From positions 6,844,325-6,908,324 of the forward strand of contig BDGG01000001.1 in NCBI GenBank assembly GCA_001949185.1: 64,000 bases of DNA, given 5' to 3'. Shown here one piece after another: positions 1-12,788 of this stretch. Source of the stretch: Ramazzottius varieornatus. Its lineage: Eukaryota; Animalia; Tardigrada. Both the position numbers and the translations under genes were made by a program. Position 1 is the first letter of the stretch. Every line of letters begins with the position of its first letter. The notes under the pieces were generated by a model. That model saw only the letters and a list, made by a program, of their open reading frames with translations, searched no databases and was not told the DNA's origin.

Positions 1-57
1 TTCCGGAGAGAATACAGTATTCTCGGTCATTCAGTTTTTCCTGACTCTGCATAAAAT

Positions 58-266
58 GGGGCAGCAGCAGAGTAGATCAGTAAGGCGGGGCTAGTTTAGC
101 GAGCATGAAGCGGGCAAAGAGAAAATTAGCTTCAGTGGGCCAATCAAGATTGTCGAAGTTGGAGGTGTGTGGGCTGATTGGTCGTTTGCGGATATTCTTT
201 AATTTCATGCCCCCTCCATATGATGTCATCTGGCCGCGCCTTACTGATCTACTCTGCCGCTGGCCC
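58..266. mobile_element. MITE with ~35-bp imperfect TIRs, GGG..CCC termini and AAAT target-site duplication (Sola-like)
   Basis: ggggcagcagcagagtagatcagtaaggcggggctag (58-94) is nearly the reverse complement of ctggccgcgccttactgatctactctgccgctggccc (230-266); aaat lies on both flanks (54-57, 267-270). Confidence 0.7.
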
Positions 267-370
267 AAATATCGTTATTCATCACACATGTCAGGCCATT
301 CTGCAGTCTATGTAGTGCTCACTTGCCGAACCCTCACATACCCGCGTACTTCAAAGTTAGTGTGCAGCGT

Positions 371-371
<1 letters not shown>

Positions 372-397
<26 letters not shown>
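372..397. repeat. (TG)n microsatellite
   Basis: About 13 TG units read directly. Confidence 0.95.
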
Positions 398-403
<6 letters not shown>

Positions 404-537
404 ACGTGCATGACATGATGAGCGTCTGTCGTGCAATTTTACTCTCGTGCACACTGCGTATATTGGTCTTCGCAGTTGTACCAAGATAGCAGAATGCACG
501 GCCGTGCGCATCTTCATTTTTTTCTCGTTATCTTTAG

Positions 538-3374
538 GTTTTAACCCGGAAGATTCCAGTCTGAGTGCCATCTTCCACGCACTTTCTCCTGCTGGTCTCC
601 TTTCTCGTAACCACACACAAACCGATGTCTCTAACGAGACGTTTGTCACGGAGGAAGAGCTAGTCGTGCAACATCCGTCGGAAAACGAAGAACCCCGCGA
701 GCGCACTTCTCTCGAAAGTGTGCTTGATACGATTGACACACACTCGGCGGGAACCACGCCACCAGACGACCCGCAAGTCCTCGAGGCATCACTCATCTCA
801 CAAGTGAGGTTTTGAGTTTTGCACATTGTACTACCTGTTCACACCGAGTCGCTACCACTCGTAAAACTAAGGGTGCCTTGAACTGGATAATTGTTCAATT
901 CTGAAACTAAGTTTCCTTGATTTGGCATTTTTTTTGCCACCTCCTGGAAAAGTAACTGGCCAGAAATCCATTCACAGGAAGTTTGGATCGACATGAAACG
1001 AGGGAAGGTGTGAAGGGACAATTCTACTCGACTTTTGCAGCTTTTGGGCCGTTTTACATTTGTCGGTATTTGACTGAGGTCCTGGAATGTTGTTGCTGTT
1101 GAGAACAATTAGAACAGGATCCGCGCTGCATGAAAAGTGGTCAGGAACATGCATCTGCCGTTCAGGACCAGAGCGGGAATTTTCCCACAAAACGATCGTT
1201 TCCGGCAAAATGGTCAAAATTTAACGGCTTTGAGTTTTTCTGCCGAGTTAGTTCAGTGTTCGTATGGTCTTCCTCGATACCCCAGACAGATCAGACAGCT
1301 GTAGATCTGCAGACATCAGCTCAAGAATCACAGTTCAAATATTTCCGCAGACTGCGTCTGACTCGCTTTGACATGTCATCCCCACCGGAAGCAGTACCAG
1401 TCGAGTTTGTGAAGCTGTTCCTTACTGTGATTAAACGACTTATGGTCCACTGTAGTCGAAACAGCTCAAAGACTTGTATGAACGGTGGGATGGAATGAAC
1501 GAAAAAAGGAATAATCTGAAGTTTTTCACGTCGAAATGGCAGGTGGTAGCGAGTTGACGTGAACAGTTCCTTTATATCACTTATAACTTTATTTTAACCT
1601 CTTTTTGGTATTAATTTCAAAAAGTGTAATCTGTCGGATGAGCCGTCGTTGTCGCACATGTGGGACACGAACAACCAGTCTGTCTTCGGGACCTTGAACG
1701 GGACTTTGGTGGAGCAGTGGAGTGAAGGGAAGGTGGCAGAGGAGAATGGCGAAGGGGAGACAAACGTCACGTTCGATAGTGAGAACCTGGATGTAACCAG
1801 GTTTTTACAGAAAGATAAGGAGAAGCCGAACGTGGGAGAGAAGAGAGTGGTAAATGAGAATGACACTTTCTTCGTGTCACCGGGCCTGCAGGGAACTCCG
1901 GCGGGACTGAACGAAACCTATTCACCGGTAAGATGTTCGCAAGAATTGAGTTTCCAAGAGTGTAAACTGTAAATTGTAATGGGGAAATGGTTTATGCGGA
2001 TGCACTGTAGGTTGTACCACACGACGTATCCCTCATGGATGCGTCTACCAGTTCCTCCCTTCCTGACAGTATCAACCAGGATCCGATCGTGTCTGAGATC
2101 CTAGGCAAGAAGCTCTTCACACCTGTCGTTAACACCTTGGACAATCCCTTCCAGCAGCGCCTTCGGTTCTTCCAAGAACAGATCCGTACGAATCCCCAGA
2201 CACCGACCGAAGCGACCAGCAGTGCCTTTAAGGAAGACACTCCCCGGCGACGGGCTTCACCCTTTACGCCATCCAAAGCGTCTAGCCCACTGAGTAACAA
2301 GACGTTCACGGAACCGCACAACCTGTCGGTCCACGAACGAGTGACCGAGCTGGAGAAGACACTCTCGCCCATCGATGCAACAGTCAGCCAGGAGAACTCG
2401 TCGTCGGATGGCGAGGAGGAAAACGTAAGTTTGGAAAATGCAGAAGTATATGGAATCTCTGCGAACAAGCTCGATAAGAATTTTTTTCCAAGTGGCGCAC
2501 ATTTATAGTGTTACTGGTTGTCAGGGTGCGGCGTTTGGAAAAACAGTCCTGTTGAATTTCTTTGTCGGTCTTCCATTTGATTTTTTAATTCGGATTTTTA
2601 TATTTTGTAGTACGAAAATGAGTTCGTGACGATGATACATCAACAACTGGTTCGTCTTGTCAGTTACGGCATTGTAGAACCTCAGGGAATCGGAAGGTAA
2701 AAAGCTGCATTTTTTTCAACTTTACTTTGGACATTTTGTTCATCATAATTAAGCCGATAGAAATTCGGTAGGAAATATTTTTACGACGAGTTGGTTTTTC
2801 CAGATGGACGATAACGGTTCCAGGAGAGCGGACCGTCCTCACTCTACTGATCAAAATTCCCCTGACGGTACGGGACATTGCCCAAGCTACGCTCCAGATT
2901 CAGTGCCAAGCCAAGATACTGTCGGGAAATATCAGGTACACGCAGGATGAGAAATTATGGTACAGTAAAAATTATGGCACAGGCATTTCGCTACGGCCGT
3001 ACGGAAGCGCGTACGTACGCGACCAATTCACAGTAATGTACTTTTCGACACTTTTCTACGGTCGGATTTCCATTTTGCCGTCCTTTCCGCCTGTCCCATA
3101 ATTTTTACTGTACCATAATTTCTCTTCTTGCGTGTACTCTATCCCTTTACGCCGCACTGTTCGTTCCTCTTCTAGATCGAGAACTAATGTGGACTCTTAT
3201 TGGGTTTATTTTTCCAGTCAAAAGAAGCTCGACGTGGAGGTGGAGCAGATTCTTCGCACGCCACAGTACCTGCTGGACGTGGTGTGTGCCTTGAAATGTC
3301 TGCAACGGAGGGAGGAAGCCACGATGGTCCGTCCGCCGCTGACCATGCGTCCTCCACCTGTTCTCGATTGGTAA
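538..3374 (+). CDS. 3' part of a spliced gene: long S/T/E-rich disordered region followed by a compact C-terminal domain (possibly KNL1-like RWD); 5' end not defined
   Basis: GT-AG-bounded exons at about 538-803, 1620-1927, 2011-2424, 2611-2696, 2804-2935 and 3218-3374; the last three join in frame as YENEFVTMIHQQLVRLVSYG...KILSGNISQKKLDVEVEQILRTPQYLLDVVCALKCL...VLDW*. Confidence 0.6.
833..1568. mobile_element. ~735-bp non-autonomous DNA element (family B), intronic copy 1
   Basis: Ends acctgttcacaccgagtcgctacc / ggtagcgagttgacgtgaacagtt; internal sequence colinear with 26095-26826 (e.g. tttttcacgtcgaaatg). Confidence 0.75.
2939..3134. mobile_element. ~200-bp Tc1/mariner-type MITE (family A), TA duplication
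   Basis: ~46-bp TIRs cacgcaggatgagaaattatggtacagtaaaaattatgg / ccataatttttactgtaccataatttctcttcttgcgtg, TA on both sides; further copies at 17713 and 25972. Confidence 0.85.
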
Positions 3375-3829
3375 CAAATTTATTCCGCATTTTCGTCTCT
3401 TTGTGCTACTATTCAGTTTCCTCTATGTTCTTCCAAGTTTTAACCTTACGATATCGCTAATCTCATGCTAAAAATCCGTTGTTCATGTTGCGATTTTTTC
3501 CATGGATTGAGTGTTTCTCCCTTGCTTACCTAGTCGTCCTTTCAATTTTCTTTCTTACCGTGTTTGTGTGTACTTTACAAGTTACAAGGAAAAAAGATGC
3601 GCACTGAAAAGTCAAGAAAAAATAGTAGTTCGGCAAACGAACTCGGCGAGATCGCTTTACCGAATGGCGCACAGTTTGAGCCAGTAACAGTGACAACGTG
3701 CGCCAGTTGGAAAAGGATCTTGCGGAGAGCCCAAACTACAGTAGTTACAATATCTTTTCTGGCGAAAGACACAAAAAAGCCTCGTGAAGAATGAAAGTGA
3801 ACCTTCTTGCAGAAGAACCGAGCAAGGAA

Positions 3830-6396
3830 TCAACCATGAAAAACATGAGAAGAATGATCTGCTCGCCAAAAAGAAAGGCAGGGTACAAAAAGGAGGAAGA
3901 CGAGAAGCAGAGTGTTGACAGTTATTTGGGAACCGGACGTAGTAGCATCCAGATCATGGTCGTGCATGGTGACATTGTAGTCGTTAGCCGTGTACCTCAC
4001 ATTCGGATCATATTTGGGTACTGTGGTGTCCATCAGCCAGCCGTCTCTGTTGTCGTCATAGACGACCTGCACGATGAAAGGCATGGCTCTCCGCACGTTG
4101 GCGTACACTCCCGGGAACCCTGACGCGCACCCGCTAAAACGTTCGAAAGTTGTTACGACCGAACTGATGCTCAAAGGACGTCTAGAAGCCAGGGTACGTC
4201 TCTAGAGTCTTCAGGCCGTTCTTACATGCCAAAGGACGTCAGAGCAGTCAGCTGCCACTGCACTGGCAATAAGGCTGGTGTCCGACACATGAAAGGTCCG
4301 CCACTGTCTCCTTTGCACCTGCAAGAAACAGATGGCTTACATGTAAGAATTGAAGTGCAGAAGATATCCCGTCAAAATTACGGGTTAGTGTCACTTGGCT
4401 ATGTCTCTGTCTATGGGTTTTACAATCGAGAGCTGGGCAAACAGGCTGTACAAGATCGCAGTCATAAGTGGCGCACGCTGTCGAAGTTATATGCTGGAGG
4501 CGTACGCCACTTGAGATAGCAATCTTGTACTGTAGCTTACGTGTCTTTCTCATCGCCACCAGATGCGCAAAGCATCTCCGGTGTCAGCCATCCATATCTT
4601 TTCGGGCATTTGTTCATGGGACAAGCACATTCGTTGGTGTCCATTACCGCCAGGTCGACCTGTTGTAAGACGCCGGAGGAAGCTTGTATCACCGAGCTCT
4701 GCGTCGTGAGGTCTTTGACACCGGAGTCTTTGCTGCTACCACCCCATCCTGTGGCGTAACACACGGTTCCCGCCGGTATCCGGGGCAGTCGCGGTAGGCA
4801 GATGGGGCTGATGGTATCGCCGAACCTGATCGGTTCGGTCAGTTTAAGGAGACAGTAGTCGTAGTTGACGAAGCGGAAGTCGGCGCTGAATGGGTTGGCG
4901 TAGTTGGGGTGGGGGATAACCTTGACAACTTTCTTGACCTGGCTTGGATCGGCTTGCTTGAAGCGATCGTGGATGCCGACCACAATGTCGTAGCTACCGG
5001 CTGGTACTGTCCTGAAAGGATCCATGAACAACGCTGGAGTGCACTAGTCATGCTACAGTGTCATCTCATGAAAGGTACGTGTACGTTAGAACACTTGAAG
5101 TTCAGCCTTTGAACGGCCAACTTACACTCCATTATCCACACAGCAGTGTCCGGCTGTCATAACCCACTGTGGTGCAATCTGCGAACAATCAATTTCCTGG
5201 GTTTTTTTTCCGGAAGAGTACAAGAATCAGCTGTCTTACAATGCTTCCGCCGCACATGGAAAAAATATTGGAGTCTCGGTTGGACCACATGCGAATCAGG
5301 ACTTGCCAGGGCCAACTGTTGGCTACAGCCTGAGACAAGCAAGACAGTCAACACAGTTCGATGACAGCCGAATTCCATCAGCAAAAGGGATTTACTGTAC
5401 CTCTACTCCTCCATAGATTCTGGTTCCGACCGCGCTGGCAGCCCGCACCTTCGGTACTCCACAGACGGTTGAACAGATTTCGTCCTCGCCCTGGGGGCAA
5501 TCATTGTTACCTGAAACATCGAAAACGCTTTCGACACGTGCATCTACATCGTTAATTTTGATTCTTGAAGGAGACGTTCTTTATTTGACCTCCTCCCAAA
5601 CTAGCTGAACTGCCTAGCGAACTCACCGTCACATATCTTATCGCCCGAAATGCACGATTTGGGCGAGTCGGTGGAAGACGCACATCTGTAATCAGCTGCC
5701 CCGCAGTCAGTCAGCGTGGCCGTCAGCTGAAATCCCTTCCGGGTCTCCGTGGCATCCGTCGAGAATAGGACAATCTAAACGTCAGCAAAGCATCGGCAGA
5801 CCCCAAAAATCGAGCACCAAAACGGACGTTTCCCAAGCCATCGACCATACCAGTGTGTCCGTGTAAGAAGTCAAGTTGATGAGTGCATTGCCGCAAAACT
5901 TGCCCATGACATACTCGGGATCTGTCTGCAAGCACAACGGTCATCTTGCGTTTCTCATACCATCTACACCTGCAACAAATTTCTCCTATGGTTGATTGAC
6001 TTGCAAAGAAACGAAATTACACTTGAGATCCCAGACGGCGACAGAGTCCCATTTGCAGCGCCCTTCCGAGTCGGAGGACTGCAGTTGAAAGTCCACTGAC
6101 TGCAGCGTGATGAAGGTATCTTTCAGGCCCATGATAATGTAGGCTATCTTGTAGTTATTTGGATAGTCCGTGCCGTAGTTAATTGATTTCAATGTTTGGA
6201 CATCAGTGGGGTTCCGAAAGCAGATGACTTCCGCTTCGGTGTTGTTGCCGATGGATGAGATGGACGTCAGATTGGCGGAACCTCGACAACCGGGACTGGA
6301 TGGCGCATAGGCCGAATGAAAAGTTATAATCGCACAAATTAGATTCACAAGTTGGAATGCAGATGAACATTTCGAACAGCCAAGGGCGTTCTTCAT
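3830..6396 (-). CDS. Secreted or membrane-tethered S1 serine protease: signal peptide, CUB, LDLa, trypsin domain, hydrophobic C-tail
   Basis: Signal MKNALG..FHSAYA; CUB (KSINYGTDYPNN, CKWDSVAVWD, GKFCG, RKGFQL); LDLa (KICDGNNDCPQGEDE); activation site R/IYGG; SWPWQV, TAGHC, YDYCLLKL, DTCKGDSGGP, PGVYANV; tail LLLVFLLFVPCLSF. Confidence 0.9.
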
Positions 6397-6982
6397 TTCC
6401 TCCTGACAACAGTCCACTCTAATTCGAAATCAGCAGTCCTCAGCGGAATTAACTTCAATACGGATGCATTTGCCTATCAAGACGGACAAACTTCAGTCCA
6501 GGGATCGGAAAAGGGAAGGCGGACAATGAATACGCTGGATATTTCAGTGCGATGCGTGAAAGCCAAATCCACTTGAATGATCGAGCTCGCGTATTCCACC
6601 GGACCATGTCAATCCAGCTTCAAGTTACAGACACTCGAAATGCGTAATGTCGCCGAGCAACGTTATAGTCCTATGCTCCAGAAATTTGCCCATAGTTCTT
6701 CTGGCATAGCGCAAAAACGATGTACTTATATGAGGACAGACCACATGGTGTAGTGAGAACATTAATTTTGGCAGTATGAAACAGCACCGCAGAGCCAGAG
6801 AGATTACTTAGTTAGATAAGAAAAGAAAATACCGTGTGCTGACAAAGGATGGCATACCAGGACGTTGAGGATAGAGTTGGTTGTACCGGTGATAAAATGA
6901 CATACTTAATCCATGAACCAAACCAAAGCAGCTATACTGTGCTCAATCAGATTTATGCGCCGCATCGTACTTTCGCAGTTCC

Positions 6983-8964
6983 TCATGGCATCCACAGAGG
7001 GCAAGTAGCATATTGCGGTAATGTCCGGAGGTGTGGGTCTGTAAGGTACTCACGATATTTGCATGGTTCAGAAGAAGCTAGTGAATATAGACTGTATCGA
7101 TAGTTCGTACCTCAATATGGGACGCCAGTGTTTTGGTGTACATGACGTCAAACTGCTTCTTGATGTGGCCCATGTCCTGCTCGCATCTCTCGATAACGGT
7201 CCGAACTAGGACTTTGTGATAAACCGTGACTCCCTTAAATGCATTATGAAGTCGCTCGGCGAAATACTTGTTCTTATTCTTGACAAACTTTACTGCAAAG
7301 CACAAGATGAAAGAATACCATAAGTGGCGCAGCCGTCTTTGGTTACCACAAACTGAATCTGAAATCGCGTCGTACCTATGTGTTCCAGCAAGTGTCCCAC
7401 ATCGCCATGCAGCTCTTTACCCACTACGGTCTCCACTTCAATGTCGGCCAGCTTTTCAAATTCCCGTATAACCAGCCGAAGGTGGGCAAAGCTGCGACCG
7501 GCGAAGATGGCGATAAGGGCGTCGTCTTTGGCCCAGTGTCGAGGGCCTGCATCGTACAAGGCTCGACCCTCCCATTTGGCCTGCATCTCGTTGACGTCCT
7601 TCCCGCTCTCTCTGGCGCCCTAAAGAGCAAAAAAGGCACAATGTATACTACGCTCAAGTACACACTCGCACTGTCTAATTTTAACCGAGGTGTTCAAAAG
7701 GATGCTTGCAAGTTGTAGGGCTTGAATATGGATTCCTAATTTGCTCACCATTAGGACGGCATTCAGCAGTTTCTTGAAATCGCTGGAACTGTGGACGTGA
7801 GAATCGATGTCGGCGCTCAGCTCTTTCTTGTATTCTAGAAGCAAACACCAACCATTATACCATGCCAAACTCCATCGCGACATTTTTCGCTGTGAAATAT
7901 CGTCGGTGAAGGAGACTTCATGAGTATGAGAGCGACAAAGCTTTGTCGAATTTCTCGAAATTATACAACTTCACAACATACGCAGGGCGTATTCGGTTTT
8001 CAGCGAGCGGAGCTCGCGGTTCGTCCGGGTGCATATGATATCTATCACCGCATCCTCATCCGTGGATATCCCCTGGCACAAGCAAAGTTTCAGCATTGCC
8101 GATGGTGCGAAGTAAACATGGTCTTTGCGCCTACCGTGATGGCATGATGTAGGAGTTGTGCTTCGTATTCGGCTGGCGTCTTGAACAGACCCTCCAGTAC
8201 CTCGTCCAAGTGACCGCTGAACAAGATTGTCAGCTCTCCCTTAAATGCTTTGATTATACTCTGCGTACGAGAAGACATCATCGCTTCAGAGAAGGATGCA
8301 CAATTATCGTAATAATATTATTACCACACCTTTCCATATTTGTCCCGGTAAACACTGGCGATTGCTTGCCGCTGTTTGTTGGTTCGTTTCGACAAGAGTT
8401 CGATGATAGCGCTCTCGTGTGTTCCTAAAACCATATGCACACACTCAAGCCAGTGTTTCTCAGTCCGGCAAACCCAAAGGCGCATTACTCACCGAGACCT
8501 CGCATGGCATCGTACAATACTTTGGCGTCGACCGCAGGATCAAATGGTTGATGCTCAAAGACCGTAGGTCCGACAATGGGTCCATCAGTTCCACCAGTGA
8601 CATTCATTTCCTTAAGGTAGGCCATCCTGTTCATAATGCGGACTTTTCGGTAGGCGTCGCGGCCTGCACGCTCACCAATGCTGGACGACCTGGAGCGGGA
8701 CAATGACTGGTCGGCCGAGAGCGTAGGTAAGGATGAGGCTATTCCCCCGCTACCACTGTCGCTGTCGGATGACGTATTGGCAGTAGAGAAACGTCTGTCG
8801 ATGCTGAACAAGGGAGGAACCTGGTCAAAATCAGAGCGAGGAATGGAAATGGCTGTTGCGGAGTTTAGCGTTGATTGATCAGCAGTAATGTGGATTTGTG
8901 GGATATCGGTGGAAGGGGTCCGTGACTCAGCCTGTGAATTCCGCAGGGCCGAAGCGGAAGCCAT
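6983..8964 (-). CDS. Annexin with long Ser-rich N-terminus (multi-exon, divergent)
   Basis: FDPAVDAKVLYDAMRGLG/TRESAIIELLSKRTNKQRQAI; PAEYEAQLLHHAI; YFAERLHNAFKG..LVRTVIERCEQDMGHIKKQF; ends HTSGHYRNMLLAPLWMP*. Confidence 0.9.
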
Positions 8965-9744
8965 TTAACGCTTCATTGATCTTGCTGAGTAGCGAGGCAT
9001 GTAACGCCGAAGTAATCGGCGAACCTGTCAAGTGAAAACCTGGTAAAGATCGTTTTTTCCACGAGAGGACTTCTTAACGAGAGGACTTCTCGAGCCTGGA
9101 TAAGAATGAGAGGTAATCGACGAACTGAAGTAGACGTGCCAAAGGATTTTATTCGTAAACAATTCAAGCACAATTGGCCAAATCAATGGAACAAATGCTA
9201 AAGACCTTCGGGATCGATACATTGTATCCTGATGAAGAGATACGAAAGACGAAGGTGAGAAGGAGCTGTCAACGATCAGCGTATTTCTCCCATGATTTAA
9301 CTGCCTTTTTGGGTGGCGCAAGTTCACACGCGCATACATTCCACGTCAGCACATTGCTAAGTTAGTATTGATTCGCTTAACCTTTACTAGTGGACGCAGT
9401 TTGCATAATTATATACCGGCCTGGACAAAATTACCGGCCACTGGCCAAATGCGATGGCCACCCGCTAAAGCTGAACAATCAACTAGTCAATCGATGCGCT
9501 GCCGCTGAAAATTAGGCAAACTGCGTGTACGTATCAGAATAATTCGGGTTCGATGTGCAACATGGTGATTCTCAACGTACTTATTGTACAAAATGAAATT
9601 TATTTACAGGTACCCATACCGTATTCCGTACTGCTAAAATTCAAGCCAGCCAAGAAAGATACACAAGCCATTCAGGAAAGGGTAATAACAGTGACAATGC
9701 ATGCTGCACGTGGTGACAATTTGGCGCTTCTTTGGCCAGGCCAT

Positions 9745-10017
9745 CTAGCCAACTATGAGGGGTCTAGCCACAACTGGGACTGGGACTGCGACTGGGACAA
9801 CCTCAACAACAGGACCAACTCGGCGGCGTCCTCTGCATTCGGCAAACTGCCCTTCGCAATATCCGCGGTTGAAACCCACATTTCGGCAGCATAGGTCAAT
9901 ATCTATTCGCCTGTCGAAAGCACCACATTCACGGTCGCAGCCTGGAACCCGCCTTGCATCAGCCCAAATCAGGAAAAGTCCGACGAAAATAAGAAGGGTA
10001 AGCTTCAGAGCCGCCAT
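9745..10017 (-). CDS. Diapausin-like secreted six-cysteine peptide 1 (single exon)
   Basis: Signal peptide then RRVPGCDRECGAFDRRIDIDLCCRNVGFNRGYCEGQFAECRGRRR; C-x3-C-x11-CC-x9-C-x6-C; TATAAA on the minus strand at 10098-10103. Confidence 0.85.
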   Translation of the reverse strand: MAALKLTLLIFVGLFLIWADARRVPGCDRECGAFDRRIDIDLCCRNVGFNRGYCEGQFAECRGRRRVGPVVEVVPVAVPVPVVARPLIVG

Positions 10018-10547
10018 TGACGCTATGCAGGAATAGCACTAGGCCGAACGAAACAGTGGGAAGCACGAGCAACGATTGAGGGACAAAAATATCCGTCTTT
10101 ATAACGCCTTTCGAGGAGCCTTCAAACCTGCCGAACTTGAGCAACCCTGTGGTGTCTGGAAAGACCATAGACACTGCGGAACTTGCCGAGACCTTCGGCG
10201 AGCTTGTCGGTGTTGTTTACCTACAACCGACAACCCCTCGCACAGTACAACAGATAAACAGCCACAGGCCAAGTGACAATTTGTTATTGAATCTAGCAGA
10301 CTATAGGTATAGGCATCTAGCCAACTATGTTGGCCAGTTTTGCTGTGGACGGTCCAAGAACAGTTAATTTTGCGCTATCTGGACATCAGGACTATTGCTG
10401 CACTGGATGCAAAATCACGGAATTGTACAAGAACTTATTACCAGCTGGCATAAGGCAGAAGGAGGGAATACGGAGTCGAATCAGATTATTCAAACCGAAC
10501 AAGCGCTCAAGTAAGCAGGCCAACAGCCGAGTTCCATAACGACACCT

Positions 10548-11058
10548 TACTAGTGATGGCGTATCATACAGGATTTTCTGTAATCTGTTCCAGTGGATCG
10601 ACAAACTACGCCTCGCAAAAGCATCACGGTTCGGTTTTGGTAGCTGGTCCATCAGCTCCAGTCGGCATGGCCAACCCTTTGATCTTCAGCTCTCTGCTCA
10701 TAATTCGAGTGTAAGCTTGCCTACCAGGTGACTTGCTCCGAATCTTTTCCGATCGTTTGAGAAGTGCGTCCGAGAAGCTAGGCAGTGGACAGGGGGCGAA
10801 GCTAGCGGTGGGTGGCGGAGAACTCAGCCGTCCAATTGTGCTAGTGTCGACTTCCTGGTCACTGGAAACGCTGGCGGTCGACAGACGACGGTCGAAAATG
10901 AACAAGGGCGGACGGTCAGAACCAGGACCTACTCTCGCCGGAACCACCACGTTGGAAATGACGGCTGGTTCCGTGGTCGTTCGAGCTGCGGAGGATTCTC
11001 TGGAATCTAAGTGCAAGCCTGCTTGGGATGCCGACTTGACAGCCATCAAAAGCATCAC
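10548..11058 (-). pseudogene. Decayed duplicate of the annexin first coding exon
   Basis: PPLFIFDRRLSTAS..GRQAYTRIM..PTGADGP matches annexin PPLFSIDRRFSTAN..GRDAYRKVRIM..GGTDGP; then a stop and frameshift, with KILYD (cf. KVLYD) before a GTAAGG donor-like site. Confidence 0.7.
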
Positions 11059-11865
11059 CGATCTTAGGGGAAAAGCAACAGAAAATTGTCTGGTAAATGA
11101 CTATGTTACACGGGGGAGAATTCGTGCAGTTTTCGTACCCTGCATTCTGCTGCGAGATGAATAGAAAGGGACTCTACCTTTGATCAACTCGCAGGACGAC
11201 TGGGAAATGCTTTCCATCCGTAAACTTCTGGACACAATTGCCGCAATCGATGGGTCGGATGATAGCTAAGGACTTTTGGGATCGATCTGCCTATTTGCAT
11301 CCCGTTCTTTTGTTACATACCTACGAGAAAGAACGCTTGGCCATAAGAGAACAAAGGCGGTCTCCTGCTGCATCTTTTATCGATCTTCCCCGCTTCAGCC
11401 AAAATTAACGCGGGAGTGTGATATTGATAGCTGGACCGCATCACTGCGGGAAATCTTCTACTATCGATATATGTTCACATCGTGTCGTGGGGGATCTATG
11501 TAGTCACCTGACATTTGAGCCATCAGAAACTTGCGATGTCCTAAGCGCATCACGAAATTCCGTTGGTAGTACTAAGCTCGCTTCGCGCACATTTGATGCA
11601 TTATTCTGTGCTCAACAGGAGATTGAACTATTATATGTGCGGAAAATATTGGGCCAGCTTTTGTAGGTCACTGGTCGGCAGTACGAAAAGCTTATGGTCC
11701 GATGTGGTATAGTGATCCCTATTTTCAAAACTGGTTTTTCATAACTGTTTTCTCTGTAACGAACGTCACGGTGTTAATCGACATGACCCTCAATAAGTGA
11801 CGGCACAATAAATAGCGCAAGTCGGTGTGCGCCGACTGCAACCCCACCGCTGAGATAGTCTTTTC

Positions 11866-12417
11866 TATGGTGAGCCGGTGAGTCGCGCGAGTCAAAGTCC
11901 ACAGTACTTCCACTGCGGTACGTGGGCCGAGAACCTCCATGCGCTGTGAGATACTTTTTCCGCGCATCCACCCGCGGGTTTTTGCCAGAGTTTCACCGCG
12001 GGCGTACGCCCCGATAAAATTCATTTCCCGCAAGTAGATGCGCGGTACAACTCTTTCTCCTCACTTCCACGCACGGTTCAACTGACCAATCGGCGGGTGC
12101 GCGCGAGGACAAACTAACACTAACCCGATGTGACGGGCGGTTAATAAATATGTTGGTTGGCGGGTGCATGCGCGAATCAAAATTCCTTGTGCCAATTTTC
12201 AGTGTATGGAAGTGCGGATGAAGTCTCCGCGCGTCCATCCGCGTACAAATTCTGTTAGGCCACGCTTCCATGCGCGGAAAAAGAAATTTTACCCGCCCGT
12301 ACACTCGCGGTGAAGCTCTTGCAGTAATCCGCCGGTAGATGCTCGGAAAATGTATTTCACCGGGCATGGACCCGCGGTCAAAATACTGTGGACTTTTGAG
12401 TCGCGCGGCTCACCATG
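11866..12417. mobile_element. Foldback-type MITE with long (>150 bp) imperfect inverted arms
   Basis: atggtgagccggtgagtcgcgcgagtcaaagtccacagta mirrors tactgtggacttttgagtcgcgcggctcaccatg; 11935-12030 mirrors 12272-12370. Confidence 0.8.
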
Positions 12418-12788
12418 CTTTCTCTAATTGGAGACAAGCAGAATACTGTATTACCCTGAACCGCAGTACAACTCTTACGTAATACATGTGACGTCTGAGG
12501 TTCTTTCGGGATAATTGTACATTAACTTTTTGCACATACAGAGTAGAAGATAACGTTAATTTACGGTACTGTAAATATTCGATGCTATCACGCAGTACGC
12601 ACACGTACGTGACGATGTACTCCCGTAGGGCGTTGCGCAGGCAGTAAAACCGGATCAGCGAATATTTACAGCATATGCTACAAACAGAAAAATGGAAAAA
12701 TCACCCGAAAAATATAAACGGCAGTGCTAGAATGAACCAGACCGATACACAGTGCAGCGGTGCCGCGCAACAACGGGGCACAAGGGAA

